Assembly: GCA_963813715.1 (NCBI GenBank)
Contig: CAWFAK010000012.1
Span: 384,001-448,000 of the forward strand
Source: an uncultured Planctomycetaceae bacterium
GTDB taxonomy: Bacteria > Planctomycetota > Planctomycetia > Planctomycetales > Planctomycetaceae
DNA: 64,000 bases
Direction of reading: 5' to 3'
In this document: in pieces, positions 10,384 through 21,080 of the stretch
Numbering within the stretch: the stretch's first letter is position 1
Layout of the letters: the number at the start of each line of letters is the position of its first letter
The notes under the pieces: model-generated
What the model saw: only the letters and a program-made list of their open reading frames with translations
Databases searched by the model: none
What the model was told of the DNA's origin: nothing
Position numbers and translations under genes: made by a program

Positions 10384-12108
10384 GTGGGCGAACCGTTCGC
10401 GCGTTGGCCGCGATAGTCTTTCTGTTGCTCTGTGTGCCGTCGGCTGTGTGCACGGCGGCCGCGCCACGTGATCTGCCGGTCATCGCGGGAGGTCTCGTCC
10501 ACTGCCAGCACGGACTGGTCGTCAGCGTGCATCCATTCGCGTCACGAATCGGAGTCGAGACATTGAGGCAGGGAGGCACGGCCGTCGATGCCGCCGTGGC
10601 CACCGCGTTCGCCCTAGCGGTCACCTGGCCGGGGGCCGGCAATATCGGTGGCGGCGGTTACATGATGATCGTGCCCGCGGGCAAGGCCGCACCGGTAGCC
10701 GTCGATTTTCGCGAAATGGCGCCCGCCGCCGCGACCAAAGACATGTTCGCCAAGCCCGAGGGGCGTTCGCCGCGTCGCCGGGTCGGCGTGCCTGGCACCG
10801 TGCGAGGGCTGGCTCTCGCCCACCGCCAGTTCGGCCATCTGAGCTGGCGCGAGTTGGTGCTGCCGGCCGTGCGACTCGCCCGCGACGGCTTCGAGCTCGA
10901 CGCGGCAACGGCGGACTCGCTCAACGAAATTCTGAAAAAATCCGACAAGAAACAGTTCGCCGAGCTGCATCGCGTCTTCGGCAAGCCCGGCGGAACGGAC
11001 TGGCAACGCGGCGATCGTCTGGTTCAGCCGGAACTAGCCGCGACCTTGCAGGAGATTGCCGAACGCGGGGCCGACGCGTTTTACACCGGTACGACGGCCG
11101 ACAAGATCGCCGCCGAAATGCAGCGCGGCGGCGGTCTGATCACGCGCGAGGACTTGGCTCATTATCAGCCGGTGCTGCGCCAACCGGTGCGCGGCACGTA
11201 CCGCGGCTTCGAGATCGTCTCCGTTCCGCCTTCGTCGTCCGGCGGCACGACGCTGATCGAGGAGCTCAACATCCTCGAAAACTTCGACCTGCGGTCCCAT
11301 GGTCGCTGGTCCGCCGAGACGCTGCACCTGATGATCGAAGCGGCCCGCCGCGCGTTCCGCGACCGGGCGTGCTTCTTGGGCGATCCCGATCGCGTGACCA
11401 TCCCCGACAAGATGACGCGAAAAGACTACGCCCGCACGCTTGCGCAGGGTATTGATCCGCGTCGCGCCACTCCCAGCCGGCAGCTGGCCGGCGATATTCC
11501 GATCGCCAACGAGCCCGCCCACACGACCCACTTCTCCGTGATCGACGGCGAGCACACGGCCGTCAGCATGACCTACACGCTGGAAAACATGTATGGCAGC
11601 CGGATCGTGGTCCGCGGCGGCGGGTTCGTGCTCAACGACGAGATGAACGACTTCGCCTGGCATCCCGGCGTCACCAACACGCACGGGACCATCGGCACGC
11701 GGCCCAACCAGATTGAGCCGGGCAAACGCATGCTCAGCTCGATGTGCCCCACGATCGTGCTCAAGGACGGCAGGCCCTATTTGATCACCGGCAGCCCGGG
11801 CGGGCGGACGATCATCAACACCGTCCTGTGCATGCTCGTCAACGTGCTCGACTTCGACATGGATCCGCGGGCCGCCGTCGATGCGCCCCGTCTGCACCAC
11901 CAGTGGTTCCCTGATCGCACGAGTGTCGAGCCGGCGTTTGCCCGCGAGCATGCGGCCGTTGTGAAACAACTCGAGGCCCTGGGACACACCGTGCGAGTCG
12001 CGGACGACGAACAGGGCGACGCCCACTCGATCTGGATCGATCCCAGAGACGGGTCGCCTCACCGGTGTCGCCGACAAACGGGAAGACGGCTCTGCCGCCG
12101 GTTACTGA
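10380..12108 (+). CDS. ggt: Gamma-glutamyltransferase (frameshift about 15 codons from the end)
   Basis: GGTAVDAAVA, GNIGGGG, DFREMAP, VGVPGTV, autocleavage HTTHFSVID, LNDEMNDF, GKRMLSSM, GSPGG; true end ...GVADKREDGSAAGY* at 12108. Confidence 0.95.
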
Positions 12109-12123
12109 GCCCGCGCGAGGCCG

Positions 12124-13215
12124 TCAGCTCAGCGCCTGCAAGATTCCCTTGATGTGGCCGATCGCGAAGGCGAACGCCTGCAGGCTGTGCGGGTCGTCGG
12201 GATGAGAGGGCACGTGGTCGGGCATCAGCATGCCGTCGTAGCCGACGTCCCGCAGAATCCGCGCGATCTCGAACAGGTTGACATCTCCCTCGTCCGGGTA
12301 GACCTCGCGAAAGTCGTCCCGGTGTCCGCAGATGTTGCGGAAGTGGATGTTGAAGATCTTCCGCCGCTCGCCGAACTCGCGGACGATCGGCCCCAGCTCG
12401 CGGTGGGGGTCAGCCAGCATTTCGGCCACCGTCCCCAGGCAAAAGTTGAGGCCATGCCACGGGCTTTCCCGCAGTGAGACGAACTTGCGCAGCCCATCGA
12501 CCGTCCCCAACACGCGGCTCACCCCCTGGAAACCTGCCGGTGGAACGCCCGGATCGTGCGGGTGACAGGCGGCCCGGACCTTGTGTTCGTTGCAGACGGG
12601 GATCACGCGCTCGAGGAAATAATCGATTCGCTCCCAGGCCTGCTCTTGCGTCACGTGTCCGGCCCGAGTCAGCGGCGGATTCGGTCGGGCCTCGGCAAGC
12701 CGCCAGGTGCTGTAGGTCGAGCCGCCGCGCCCGGCCGTCGCGTGAATCCGCAGCACGCCCAACAGGCTCATGTTGTATTTGAATGAAGGAACGCCCGCCT
12801 TCGCGCAGGCTGCGATCATCTGGTGGATGTCGGCAATGTCGCGGTCGCGCTGGGGACTCTCGCCGAGCATGATCGCGCCGCGCTTTTCGTGATCGATGTG
12901 GCTCGACGTGAGAAACGGCAGTGCGACCATCTCCAGTCGCACGCCATGCTGTTCGCAAAGGTCGCGGGTGCGTTCAAGTTCCTCGAGCGTCCAATATCCG
13001 CGCGTCGCAGGATGGGTCGGATAGCCACAAATCGCGTCGCAACCGTGCCGCTTGCAAAATTGCAGCGTGGCTGCTGTCGTCGGGCCCTGCTGCGTGCCCA
13101 CGTGCATTCTGAGCGGCGTCGGCCGACGACTCGGCTCGGATGCTGCCCCGGCGTGTGCGGTCCGACTCGCTGTCAAAGCGACGCCGGCTGCCGACAGAAA
13201 CTCGCGGCGTTTCAT
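12124..13215 (-). CDS. uxuA: Mannonate dehydratase (UxuA) family protein with a Tat signal
   Basis: YFLERVIPVC...ACHPHDP, GLNFCLGT, IHFRN, MPDHVP, AFAIG; N-terminal MKRREFL...AHA. Confidence 0.8.
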   Translation of the reverse strand: MKRREFLSAAGVALTASRTAHAGAASEPSRRPTPLRMHVGTQQGPTTAATLQFCKRHGCDAICGYPTHPATRGYWTLEELERTRDLCEQHGVRLEMVALPFLTSSHIDHEKRGAIMLGESPQRDRDIADIHQMIAACAKAGVPSFKYNMSLLGVLRIHATAGRGGSTYSTWRLAEARPNPPLTRAGHVTQEQAWERIDYFLERVIPVCNEHKVRAACHPHDPGVPPAGFQGVSRVLGTVDGLRKFVSLRESPWHGLNFCLGTVAEMLADPHRELGPIVREFGERRKIFNIHFRNICGHRDDFREVYPDEGDVNLFEIARILRDVGYDGMLMPDHVPSHPDDPHSLQAFAFAIGHIKGILQALS

Positions 13216-13748
13216 GGCCGGCCCTTCTGCTCAGCCGTGGTGCGCTCGAGGTACGGCTGCGACGCCTGCTGGCTTTGACCCGGGGGAATTGTGAGCCATT
13301 TGCGGCCGGGCGCGAGCAACCGGGCCAAATAGAGAATCTGCCCCACGTGATACGCCGTGTGGGTCACCGAGCGGAGGCTTGCCTCGCGGGCGCTCATCGC
13401 CTCGCCGCGGATCGTGATGGTCCGGTCGAGATCGAGGTTGGACAAACTTCCGAGCGTGTTTTCGAGCGCGCTCCAGCCGTCATTCCAGCGCTGCATGATG
13501 GCGTCGCGCGAATCGGCGGCGGCGATTTCAAACTCCGTGTCGCGTTGCCGGTTCGGCTTCTCGCCGTCGGTGGTCAGGAAATCGGTCCAACGCGAACGGA
13601 GATTGCCGCCGACGTGCTTGACGATGAGCGCGATCGGATTGACCGCTTCTCCCGGCTTGTGAAAAAACGCCGCGTCGTCGATGCCCGCCAGCGTCTCCTC
13701 GCCCATTTTGCGATAACGGCGGAACTCGGCCCGAATTTCGGACAGCAT
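13212..13748 (-). CDS. DUF1572 / DinB-family protein
   Basis: NPIALIVKHVGGNLRSRWTDFLTTDGEKPNRQRDTEF...HTAYHVGQI...W.TIP.G.S. Confidence 0.9.
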   Translation of the reverse strand: MLSEIRAEFRRYRKMGEETLAGIDDAAFFHKPGEAVNPIALIVKHVGGNLRSRWTDFLTTDGEKPNRQRDTEFEIAAADSRDAIMQRWNDGWSALENTLGSLSNLDLDRTITIRGEAMSAREASLRSVTHTAYHVGQILYLARLLAPGRKWLTIPPGQSQQASQPYLERTTAEQKGRP

Positions 13749-13912
13749 GGCTGATTCCTCCCAGTTGGTAGCCGAACGGTTTGTGCCGGCTTGAGCGGGT
13801 CTCGCGGGGAAACGGCTCGTGGGTTTCCGATCGCGGTCCGGCGCGGTATGGTCGCGCGTCTCGCGAACGCGCTGCCTTGTCCACCTTCCCCTCCAGGCAT
13901 CGTAGACCACCC

Positions 13913-15280
13913 ATGCGCGGACCGGAACGCCCAGCCTCGGAGAGGTCCGCGCCGCTCGCCGCTGCGGGAACCGCGCCGGCAACGCGCACGCGTTTCCTGG
14001 TGCTGGCGGTCGGCTGCGGGTTGGCGTTTTTGGCCTACGTCCATCGGCAAGCCTTCGTCCGCGCGCAGCCTTACATCGCGGACAATCTGGGCCTCAACGA
14101 TCAACAGTTTGGCTACCTCACAGCAGCATTCTTGATCGGTTACGGCCTGTTTCAAGTCCCCTGCGGCCTGTTGGGCGACCGTTTTGGCGCGGCACCTGCT
14201 GGCCCTGTTGGTGATTGCCTGGTCGCTGCTCACGGGACTGCAAGCGTTCGTCGGCATTTCCGCGGCGTGGATGTCGCCGCTGGTGTACCTGATCGCGATG
14301 CGATTTGCCTTTGGCGTAGCACAGGCGGGCTATTTCCCCGTCTGGTCACGTGTGATGGCCGACTGGATGCCCGTGTCCGAGCGGGGCACGGCTCAAGGGA
14401 CCGTTTGGATGTTCAGCCGGCTGGGCGGCGCCGTCGCGCCGTTCTTGTTTGGCGGATCTGTTCGAACTGTTCGGGGACGTGGACCACGCCGCTGTGGGTG
14501 CTGGCCGCGCTCGGCCCTTGCGGCGCGATTCCGTTTTGGATCTGGTTTCGCAATCGACCGGATGAAATGCCGCGGGTGAACGCGGCCGAGCGGCAAATCA
14601 TTTCGGCCGGGCGAGCGCCGCCCGCCGCGAATGGGGGCGCGACGCGGGTTCCGTCGCGCGCGCTCGTGACCTCGGTCAACGTGTGGGCGCTCTGCTTGAT
14701 GTACGGATTGGTTGGCACGGCCGGCAACTTTGTCACGACGCTCTTGCCCAACTATCTCGATCACACACGCCATCTCTCGAAGCACGACGTCACCTGGATC
14801 ACGGCGGCTCCGCTCGCCCTCGGTGTCGTTTCGTGCGCGCTGGGCGGAGTGCTTTCCGACTGGATCATCCGCCGCTGGGGCAGCCGCAAATGGGGCCGAC
14901 GCGCGAACGCGGCCATCGGGCTCTTGCTGGCGGGGCTCTCGCTCTCGGTGATTCCCTGGGTCGGACCGATTTCGCTGATGGGCGCGCTCTTCAGCATTTC
15001 GTTCTTCTGCAACGACCTGATGATCGGCCCGGCGTGGGCCGCCTGCGTCGACGTCGGCGAGCGTTACGCCGGCACGATCAGCGGCGCAATGAACATGACG
15101 AGCCAGCTCTTCGGGGCGGTGGGCATGGCCTTCGCCGGCTACATGATGCATCGCGGCGCCACGCACACGCTGTTTCCCCTGTTCGGCTGCGCGTATTTTC
15201 TGGCCGCATGCTGTTGGTTGTTCGTCGACGTGACGCGACCGCTCCGAACCGACGACAATCCGGCAGTGTCGTCCGATTAG
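13913..15280 (+). CDS. MFS transporter (anion:cation symporter-like); frameshifts near 14190 and 14455
   Basis: YVHRQ, QVPCGLLGDRFG, RFAFGVAQAG...WMPVSERGTAQG (in ORF 14184..14579), GGVLSD, AGTISGAMNM. Confidence 0.88.
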   Translation: MRGPERPASERSAPLAAAGTAPATRTRFLVLAVGCGLAFLAYVHRQAFVRAQPYIADNLGLNDQQFGYLTAAFLIGYGLFQVPCGLLGDRFGAAPAGPVGDCLVAAHGTASVRRHFRGVDVAAGVPDRDAICLWRSTGGLFPRLVTCDGRLDARVRAGHGSRDRLDVQPAGRRRRAVLVWRICSNCSGTWTTPLWVLAALGPCGAIPFWIWFRNRPDEMPRVNAAERQIISAGRAPPAANGGATRVPSRALVTSVNVWALCLMYGLVGTAGNFVTTLLPNYLDHTRHLSKHDVTWITAAPLALGVVSCALGGVLSDWIIRRWGSRKWGRRANAAIGLLLAGLSLSVIPWVGPISLMGALFSISFFCNDLMIGPAWAACVDVGERYAGTISGAMNMTSQLFGAVGMAFAGYMMHRGATHTLFPLFGCAYFLAACCWLFVDVTRPLRTDDNPAVSSD

Positions 15281-15317
15281 GCGTCTTCGCGAATCGGCCT
15301 TTTGAGGAGCCCGTGCC

Positions 15318-15905
15318 ATGCGGAATGTCGCCATCCTGATTTTTCCGGACGTGGAAATCCTCGATTTCTGCGGACCGTTTGAAGTCTTCTCCGTTGCCAC
15401 CCGCGTGGCCGTGCCCGGCGCTTTCCAGGTGTTTACGATTGCCGAGGCCCCGGGTCCCGTTCGCACCTACAACGGACTGAGCGTGAACCCGCATTTCCGG
15501 CTCGACGACTGCCCGCCGCCGCAGCTGCTGTTAATTCCCGGCGGTCTGGGGACGCGCCCGCTGCTCGACAATGCGCCGCTGCTCGACTGGATTCGCACTC
15601 AGTCCGCCAAGGCCGAGTTGACGCTGTCGGTCTGCACCGGTTCGCTGCTGTTGGCGAAGGCCGGTTTGCTGGAAGACCAGGCCGCCACGACGCACGCCGC
15701 GGCCATGGATCTGTTGCGGCAACTGGCCCCGAATTCGACTTTGCACCCCGACCGTCGCTACGTCGACAACGGACCAATCATCACTTCGGCGGGAATCGCG
15801 GCCGGGATCGATATGAGTCTGCACGTCGTCGAGCGACTGCACGGCGCGGAGGCGGCCATCAAGACGGCAAGCTACATGGAGTATCCGTGGACGGCCGGCT
15901 CTTGA
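15318..15905 (+). CDS. DJ-1/PfpI family protein
   Basis: VEILDFCGPFEVF, LLIPGG.G, SVCTGSLLLAKAGLL, ITSAGIAAGID. Confidence 0.92.
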   Translation: MRNVAILIFPDVEILDFCGPFEVFSVATRVAVPGAFQVFTIAEAPGPVRTYNGLSVNPHFRLDDCPPPQLLLIPGGLGTRPLLDNAPLLDWIRTQSAKAELTLSVCTGSLLLAKAGLLEDQAATTHAAAMDLLRQLAPNSTLHPDRRYVDNGPIITSAGIAAGIDMSLHVVERLHGAEAAIKTASYMEYPWTAGS

Positions 15906-15936
15906 GAAAACCTCGCCCGATCCGTTCGAATCGCGA

Positions 15937-16557
15937 CTAACCGACGGCGGGCGGCCGCAGCATGGACCAGAGCGGAACGCTGGTCGGGTTCTCGAGGTGC
16001 TCCATCACGCGAAACCCGTGCCGCTCGTAAAGCCGCACGTTGCCCGTCGTGTGGGTTTCGAGATAACAGGGCACGCGCTCTTCATCGGCCCGTGCCAGCA
16101 CAGGGGCCATCAGTGCGCCGCCGATGCCGCGCCCCTGGTGTGTAGGATCGACGCCGATCGTCGCCAGAAACCAGTGCGGTCCTTTCGCATATTTCTCGTG
16201 CAGCCGCCGCTGCTCGTGATCGAAATCGACCAAACGCTGAAAGCCCGCCCAACCGAATCCCAGCGGGAGTCCCAGCATTCCGGAGCGGACTTCGCGCGCG
16301 AAGGACGGCAGGCCCACACCGGGGGGCAGCCAGCAGCAGGCCCCTTCCACTCCGGCGCTGACGTGCACTTCGCCGTAACGCAACGAATCGCGGACGATGG
16401 CTCCATACAGCGTGGCCACGCCCCGGCGGCGTCGGGCGAGCTGTTCGTTCGCGTAGATCATCAGCGGATAGTCAAGAAATGCCCGCGTCAGCATTTGGCG
16501 AGCGGCGGCAAACTGCTCCTGACGCAGCCGCACGATTTCCAGTCCGGTCACACTCAT
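15937..16557 (-). CDS. GNAT N-acetyltransferase
   Basis: HWFLATIGVDPTHQGRGIGG...CYLET...NVRLYERHGF. Confidence 0.9.
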   Translation of the reverse strand: MSVTGLEIVRLRQEQFAAARQMLTRAFLDYPLMIYANEQLARRRRGVATLYGAIVRDSLRYGEVHVSAGVEGACCWLPPGVGLPSFAREVRSGMLGLPLGFGWAGFQRLVDFDHEQRRLHEKYAKGPHWFLATIGVDPTHQGRGIGGALMAPVLARADEERVPCYLETHTTGNVRLYERHGFRVMEHLENPTSVPLWSMLRPPAVG

Positions 16558-16777
16558 TACGGTTCCTGTCTCGACGGTAAGGCTTGGCCCCTCGGACTCG
16601 CGTGTTTCGTTGGTTGATTGCGGCGATATTAGCACATGGACAGGCGTTGCCGGACTGCTGGCAGCCTTGGGCAATTTGATTTTGCGGTCTGCCCGGGTCC
16701 CCGCTATTATTCCGCACCGCAGCCGCCTGCCGCGATCGGCTGCCACAACAAAGTCGGGCCGAAGCAAGGCGCACGTC

Positions 16778-17589
16778 ATGTCCGATCATCGCGTCGTTTC
16801 GTCCAATCATCGCGTCATCGTTGTGAGCATCCCCAAATCGGGCACGTACCTTGTGGCCGAGTTCCTCAAGGCCCTCGGCTACCGCTGGACGGGAATGCAC
16901 CTGGCCGAGTTGGCCTACACCGACTACAGCGGCAGCGCGCTCGAAGACGCGCGGCGAGACCCGGGCCGCTTCGCGCGGAGCGAGCCGCTGATCATCTCGC
17001 TCGAGCGGATTCACGCCGGCGACTTCGCCGTCGGCCATCTACCCTTCAAAGCCGACATCATTGACGCGACCCGCCCGTTCAAGCGACTGTTTGTAGCGCG
17101 CGACCTGCGGACGGCGCTCATCTCTTACATGCGATTCCTGCACTCGACTGGAAGGCTGGAGGCCCGCCATCTCCCGTGGTACTCCGTGTCCGACCCGCGA
17201 CAGCGCTGCCTCGTGTTTCTGCAAACGAGCGCCCCTACATGCTGAAGCGGTTCTACGAACCGATGGTGGGCTGGTCGAAGCTCCACGGCACACTGCAGGT
17301 GCGTTTTGAAGACCTGACGGGCGACAGCACGCAAGCCGCCAGCGTGATCGAGTCGGTCGCGGCATTTCTTGGTGCTCCGACCGGCGAAGCACAGCGCGTG
17401 CTTCGCGCAAGCCTGCAATCCGAAACGATCACGAAATCGGACGGTCTGACGCGGCTCGACGATTATTGGAGCCCGGAAGCCGAACGACACTTCCTCGAAA
17501 TCGGCGGAGCGGAACTCAACGCGCGACTCGGCTGCTCGGCCGTCGGCAACCTGGCGGCAAGCGACGCTTGCAGTCGGCGTGCGGCCTGA
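16778..17589 (+). CDS. Sulfotransferase-family protein (frameshift near 17235)
   Basis: SIPKSGTYL (PAPS loop), RDLR.ALIS, VRFEDL. Confidence 0.75.
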
Positions 17590-17681
17590 CGCAGCACCCC
17601 GCACCGGCGGCTGCGCTCCGATTTCGTGGCGACTCAATAGAATGAGTTCGGCACGAAAACGGGAGCGAGAGAGCCGATCGG

Positions 17682-18611
17682 ATGAAGCGCGTCTTCCTCG
17701 TCAATCGCAAAGCCGGCTCGGGAATCTCGCCCCGCGCGGTCGAACGCCTCTCGGAATATTTTCGCGCGCGGGACGGCTCGTTCGAGCCGGTCTTCGCCGA
17801 GAGTCGCGACGAAGCGATCCGGCAGACTCGGACTGCGCTCGCACACGGGGCCGAGCAGATCGTCGCGGTCGGCGGCGACGGGACGGCGAACGCGGCGCTC
17901 AACGGCTTCTTCCAGGACGAAGACTGCGGCAAGCTCATCAACCCGGCCGCCTGCCTGGCGGTGGCGCGGGCGGGATCGGGGTCGGATTACTTCCGCGGAT
18001 TGAGCAGCGGACTCCGGCGCGATTGGCGCGAGATCGTGCTGCAGCCGTCAGTCCGCCGTGTCGATATCGGGCGTCTCGAACCTGTGGACGGGCGATCGCT
18101 CCGGCCGCTTTATTTTCTCAACATGGCGACGCTCGGTTTCGCAGCCGAGGTCGTTCGCCGCAAGGCGCAGATGTCGCCGCGCTGGCCCCGCACGGCCCGC
18201 TACCTGTTGCCGACGCTGCAAGGACTGTGGCACGTCAAACCCGCGCGGCTGCGGCTCCAGTGCGACGACCAAGCGCTCGAACGCGAAGCGTTCTGCCTGA
18301 TCGTCGCCAAAGGGGCCTACTCGGGAGGCGGCATGAAGTTCGGCAGCCGCGTCGCGCTCGACGACGGCCAGTTCGAGCTGACCCTGTTTCGCCCGATGCC
18401 CGCCTGGCAAATGGCACTCAAAACGCCCAAGCTCTACAGCGGCAATCTCGACTCAGAGGCGAACGTGGAGAAGCATCGGGCCGCGGTGATCGAGATCGAC
18501 GCGGATCCCCCCTTCCTGGTCGAGTGTGACGGCGACGTGATCGGAGCAGCGGCCGTGCGACTGAAAGTGGTCCCGAAAGCGATCGCCGTCTGCTTCCCGT
18601 CGCCAGCGTAG
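17682..18611 (+). CDS. Diacylglycerol kinase-family (YegS/BmrU-like) lipid kinase
   Basis: VNRKAG, AVGGDGT, GSGSDY, YSGGGM, DDG, ECDGD motifs. Confidence 0.9.
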   Translation: MKRVFLVNRKAGSGISPRAVERLSEYFRARDGSFEPVFAESRDEAIRQTRTALAHGAEQIVAVGGDGTANAALNGFFQDEDCGKLINPAACLAVARAGSGSDYFRGLSSGLRRDWREIVLQPSVRRVDIGRLEPVDGRSLRPLYFLNMATLGFAAEVVRRKAQMSPRWPRTARYLLPTLQGLWHVKPARLRLQCDDQALEREAFCLIVAKGAYSGGGMKFGSRVALDDGQFELTLFRPMPAWQMALKTPKLYSGNLDSEANVEKHRAAVIEIDADPPFLVECDGDVIGAAAVRLKVVPKAIAVCFPSPA

Positions 18612-18678
18612 CCGGATCGACAACCAGCACGCGACGAGCCGGCGTTCAGGCCGGCGTCCAAGAACCCTACGACCGCAC

Positions 18679-19167
18679 TCAAACGGGGCGCGGCTGCACC
18701 GACTTCTTCGGATCGCGACCGGCGATCACCGTGCGGACTTTTTCCAGCAAATCGCCCATGTCGAACGGCTTGTCCATCACGGCGGCCACTCCGACGCGGC
18801 GCGCCTTCTCGTGCGTTTCTTCGTCGCCAAAAGCGGTGATCAGAATCGTCGGCGGAAAGAGCGGGCACTCGCTCGCTCCCTCGACGATGCTCGTGCCGAA
18901 CACTCCGGGCATTCGCACGTCGGAGATCACGAGATCGTACTTGGGCGATTCGGGAGGCTGCTGCACGGTCTCGGGGTGCAGATACACGCCCAGCCGGGCC
19001 AGCAGCTCCGCGCCATCGGCGCATTCCGTCACGGAATAGCCCTGCTGCCGCAGGCGCATGGCGATCACGGCCCGCATATCGTCGGTATCTTCGGCGAGCA
19101 AGATATGCGGCGGCCGTGCCGGCGTTGGGTCGGACTGGGTGATGAACATGGGGTCGGTGATAGTCAT
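18679..19167 (-). CDS. Single-domain response regulator (receiver only)
   Basis: ILLAEDT, DLVISDVRMPG, ILITAFG, DKPF; no output domain. Confidence 0.9.
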   Translation of the reverse strand: MTITDPMFITQSDPTPARPPHILLAEDTDDMRAVIAMRLRQQGYSVTECADGAELLARLGVYLHPETVQQPPESPKYDLVISDVRMPGVFGTSIVEGASECPLFPPTILITAFGDEETHEKARRVGVAAVMDKPFDMGDLLEKVRTVIAGRDPKKSVQPRPV

Positions 19168-19260
19168 CGTAAGCACTCGACAGAAGAGAGAAACAGACGG
19201 GTTGCGTGGGTCAAGCGGGCGTACAACGAGCGGTGAAACATCCCGTTTCTTAACACTCAT

Positions 19261-19276
19261 CGCAACGCCTGTGCCA
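19261..19276 (-). promoter_or_regulatory. sigma54 -24/-12 promoter
   Basis: Minus strand TGGCACAGGCGTTGCG, a near-perfect TGGCAC-N5-TTGC, about 95 bp upstream of the receiver gene. Confidence 0.75.
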
Positions 19277-19355
19277 AAGCGGCAGGAAGTGGCCAACTCC
19301 GATCCGCGCCGACATGACCTGCCGCCGACCAATGTAAGGCGGCGCGCGGGGCGGT

Positions 19356-20932
19356 TCAACTCGACGGAGCGGCGTGCGGCGAGGCGGCCTCAATCGGCCG
19401 TGATTCGAACGAGGGCGAGCGGCGGGCGGCACCGTTAGAACCCGCGTCGGTGGACGTTTCGCCGATGCAACGCGTCTCCGCGAGAGGCAAGTAGATTAAA
19501 AAACGGGAACCTTCGCCCGGCTGGCTGCTGACTTCAATCCAGCCGCCATGATCCTGAACGATCCCGTAGGCGATCGAGAGGCCCAGTCCCGTCCCTTTCC
19601 CGACTTCTTTGGTGGTGAAGAACGGATCGAAGATGTGATCGAGATTTTCGGCCGGAATGCCGATCCCCTGATCCTCAATCGACACCCGCGCCGCCGGTTG
19701 GTCCGACGCGTGCCGCGTTCGCGGTCGGCCGGAACGGTCCGGGCTCCACCCGCACGGTCACCGTGCCGCCCTGCGGCATCGCGTGAATCGCATTCTCGAT
19801 GATATTGCTGATTACCTGCTGAATCTGAGAGCGATCGACTTCCGCCATCACGGGGGCATCACCACTTGCCAGCTCGATCGTGACGTTCTCTCGCCGCGCC
19901 ACCGGATCGAGCAGTTGCACCGTCTGTTCGCAGAGCTCAGTCAGATCGAGCGTCTGCTTGTGCGCGCGGCCGCGGCGGCCAAAATCGAGCAGCTGGCGGA
20001 TCATCGCCGACATCGTCTGGATCTGGTTCTTGATCACCTTGAGACTGCCCATCGTCGACTCGGACGGAGAATCCAGACTGATCAGCTCGGCCCGCGCGAG
20101 GACGACATTCATCGGCGTGCCCAATTCGTGCGCCATGCCGCTGGCCAGGCGACCCACCGTCTTTAAGTCGGTCGGCGTGCCGCAGCTGCTCGAGCGCGGC
20201 GATGCGGGCTTCCGTTTCGCCACGCAGCCGCTCGCGGGCGGCCGCCAATTGATTGCACATCAGGTTGAGCGCGAGGCCCAGTTCGGCCAGCTCGTCGCGG
20301 CGGACCAGATGAACGGGATTCGACAGATCGCCGGCGCCGGCGCGGCGCGTTTTCTCGGTGAGCAGTTGCAGCGGACGACCGACCAGCCAGACGCCCAACA
20401 GAGACGCCGCGGCCGCGCTGAGCACGATCAGCAGGGCGCCCAGGAGCGCAAAACGCAGAATGGCCGCGCGGGCGATCCGGTCAGGACCATCCAAGGAGTT
20501 GGTCAGCTCGATGGCGCCCGAGCGCGGCGAAGCAACGGCCACAGGGACGTACGTGTGCAAGACGCCGCGGCCACTCGGCTCGCGCTCTTCGACGTAGACC
20601 AGCTGCCCGTCGCGGACCACCTGCAGGTTGCTTTGGGACAGTACTGGCGTCCCTTCTGCCGCCGTGTTTTCGTCGAGCCAGACCCAGCGGACCTTCAGTT
20701 GACGATTGTTGTGGTTCGCATCGGCGATCAGTTGCAAGGCACGCTGCTCGCCGCTGGTGCGCCACGCGTCTTGGATCAAGGGGGCAAGCGTCTGCCCGAT
20801 TTCGCTCGCTTCGCTTCGCAGGTCGTCCTGCAGGAGCCGTCCATCGTGGCGAATCGCGAAGAACGTGCCCGCAGCGACCACGATCAGCGTTCCGGCCATC
20901 CAGAGCGACACGATCTTGGTGGTCAGTTTCAT
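19356..20932 (-). CDS. Membrane sensor histidine kinase (2 TM, HAMP, HisKA, HATPase); frameshifts near 20165 and 19680
   Basis: RRDELAEL (HAMP), [23 protein letters not shown] (H box), [26 protein letters not shown] across three ORFs. Confidence 0.9.
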
Positions 20933-21080
20933 GACATCTCAATTGTACGGCGCGGAGGACGCTTTTGGCGCTGAGCTCGCATTGGCGTGCCTCATCTTGT
21001 TTGCACTGGCAGAAACCGCGCCGTCGCGTCGCGATTTGGGCGACTTCTCACGCTGCCGATCGGTCATGGTAGCGATCGGG

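Noticed and set aside
16781..16820. 21 bp near-tandem duplication (SDHRVVS/SNHRVIV); a similar one in the anti-sigma tail near 5003-5047
   Set aside because: Two-copy in-frame micro-duplications in variable termini; no sign of array function.
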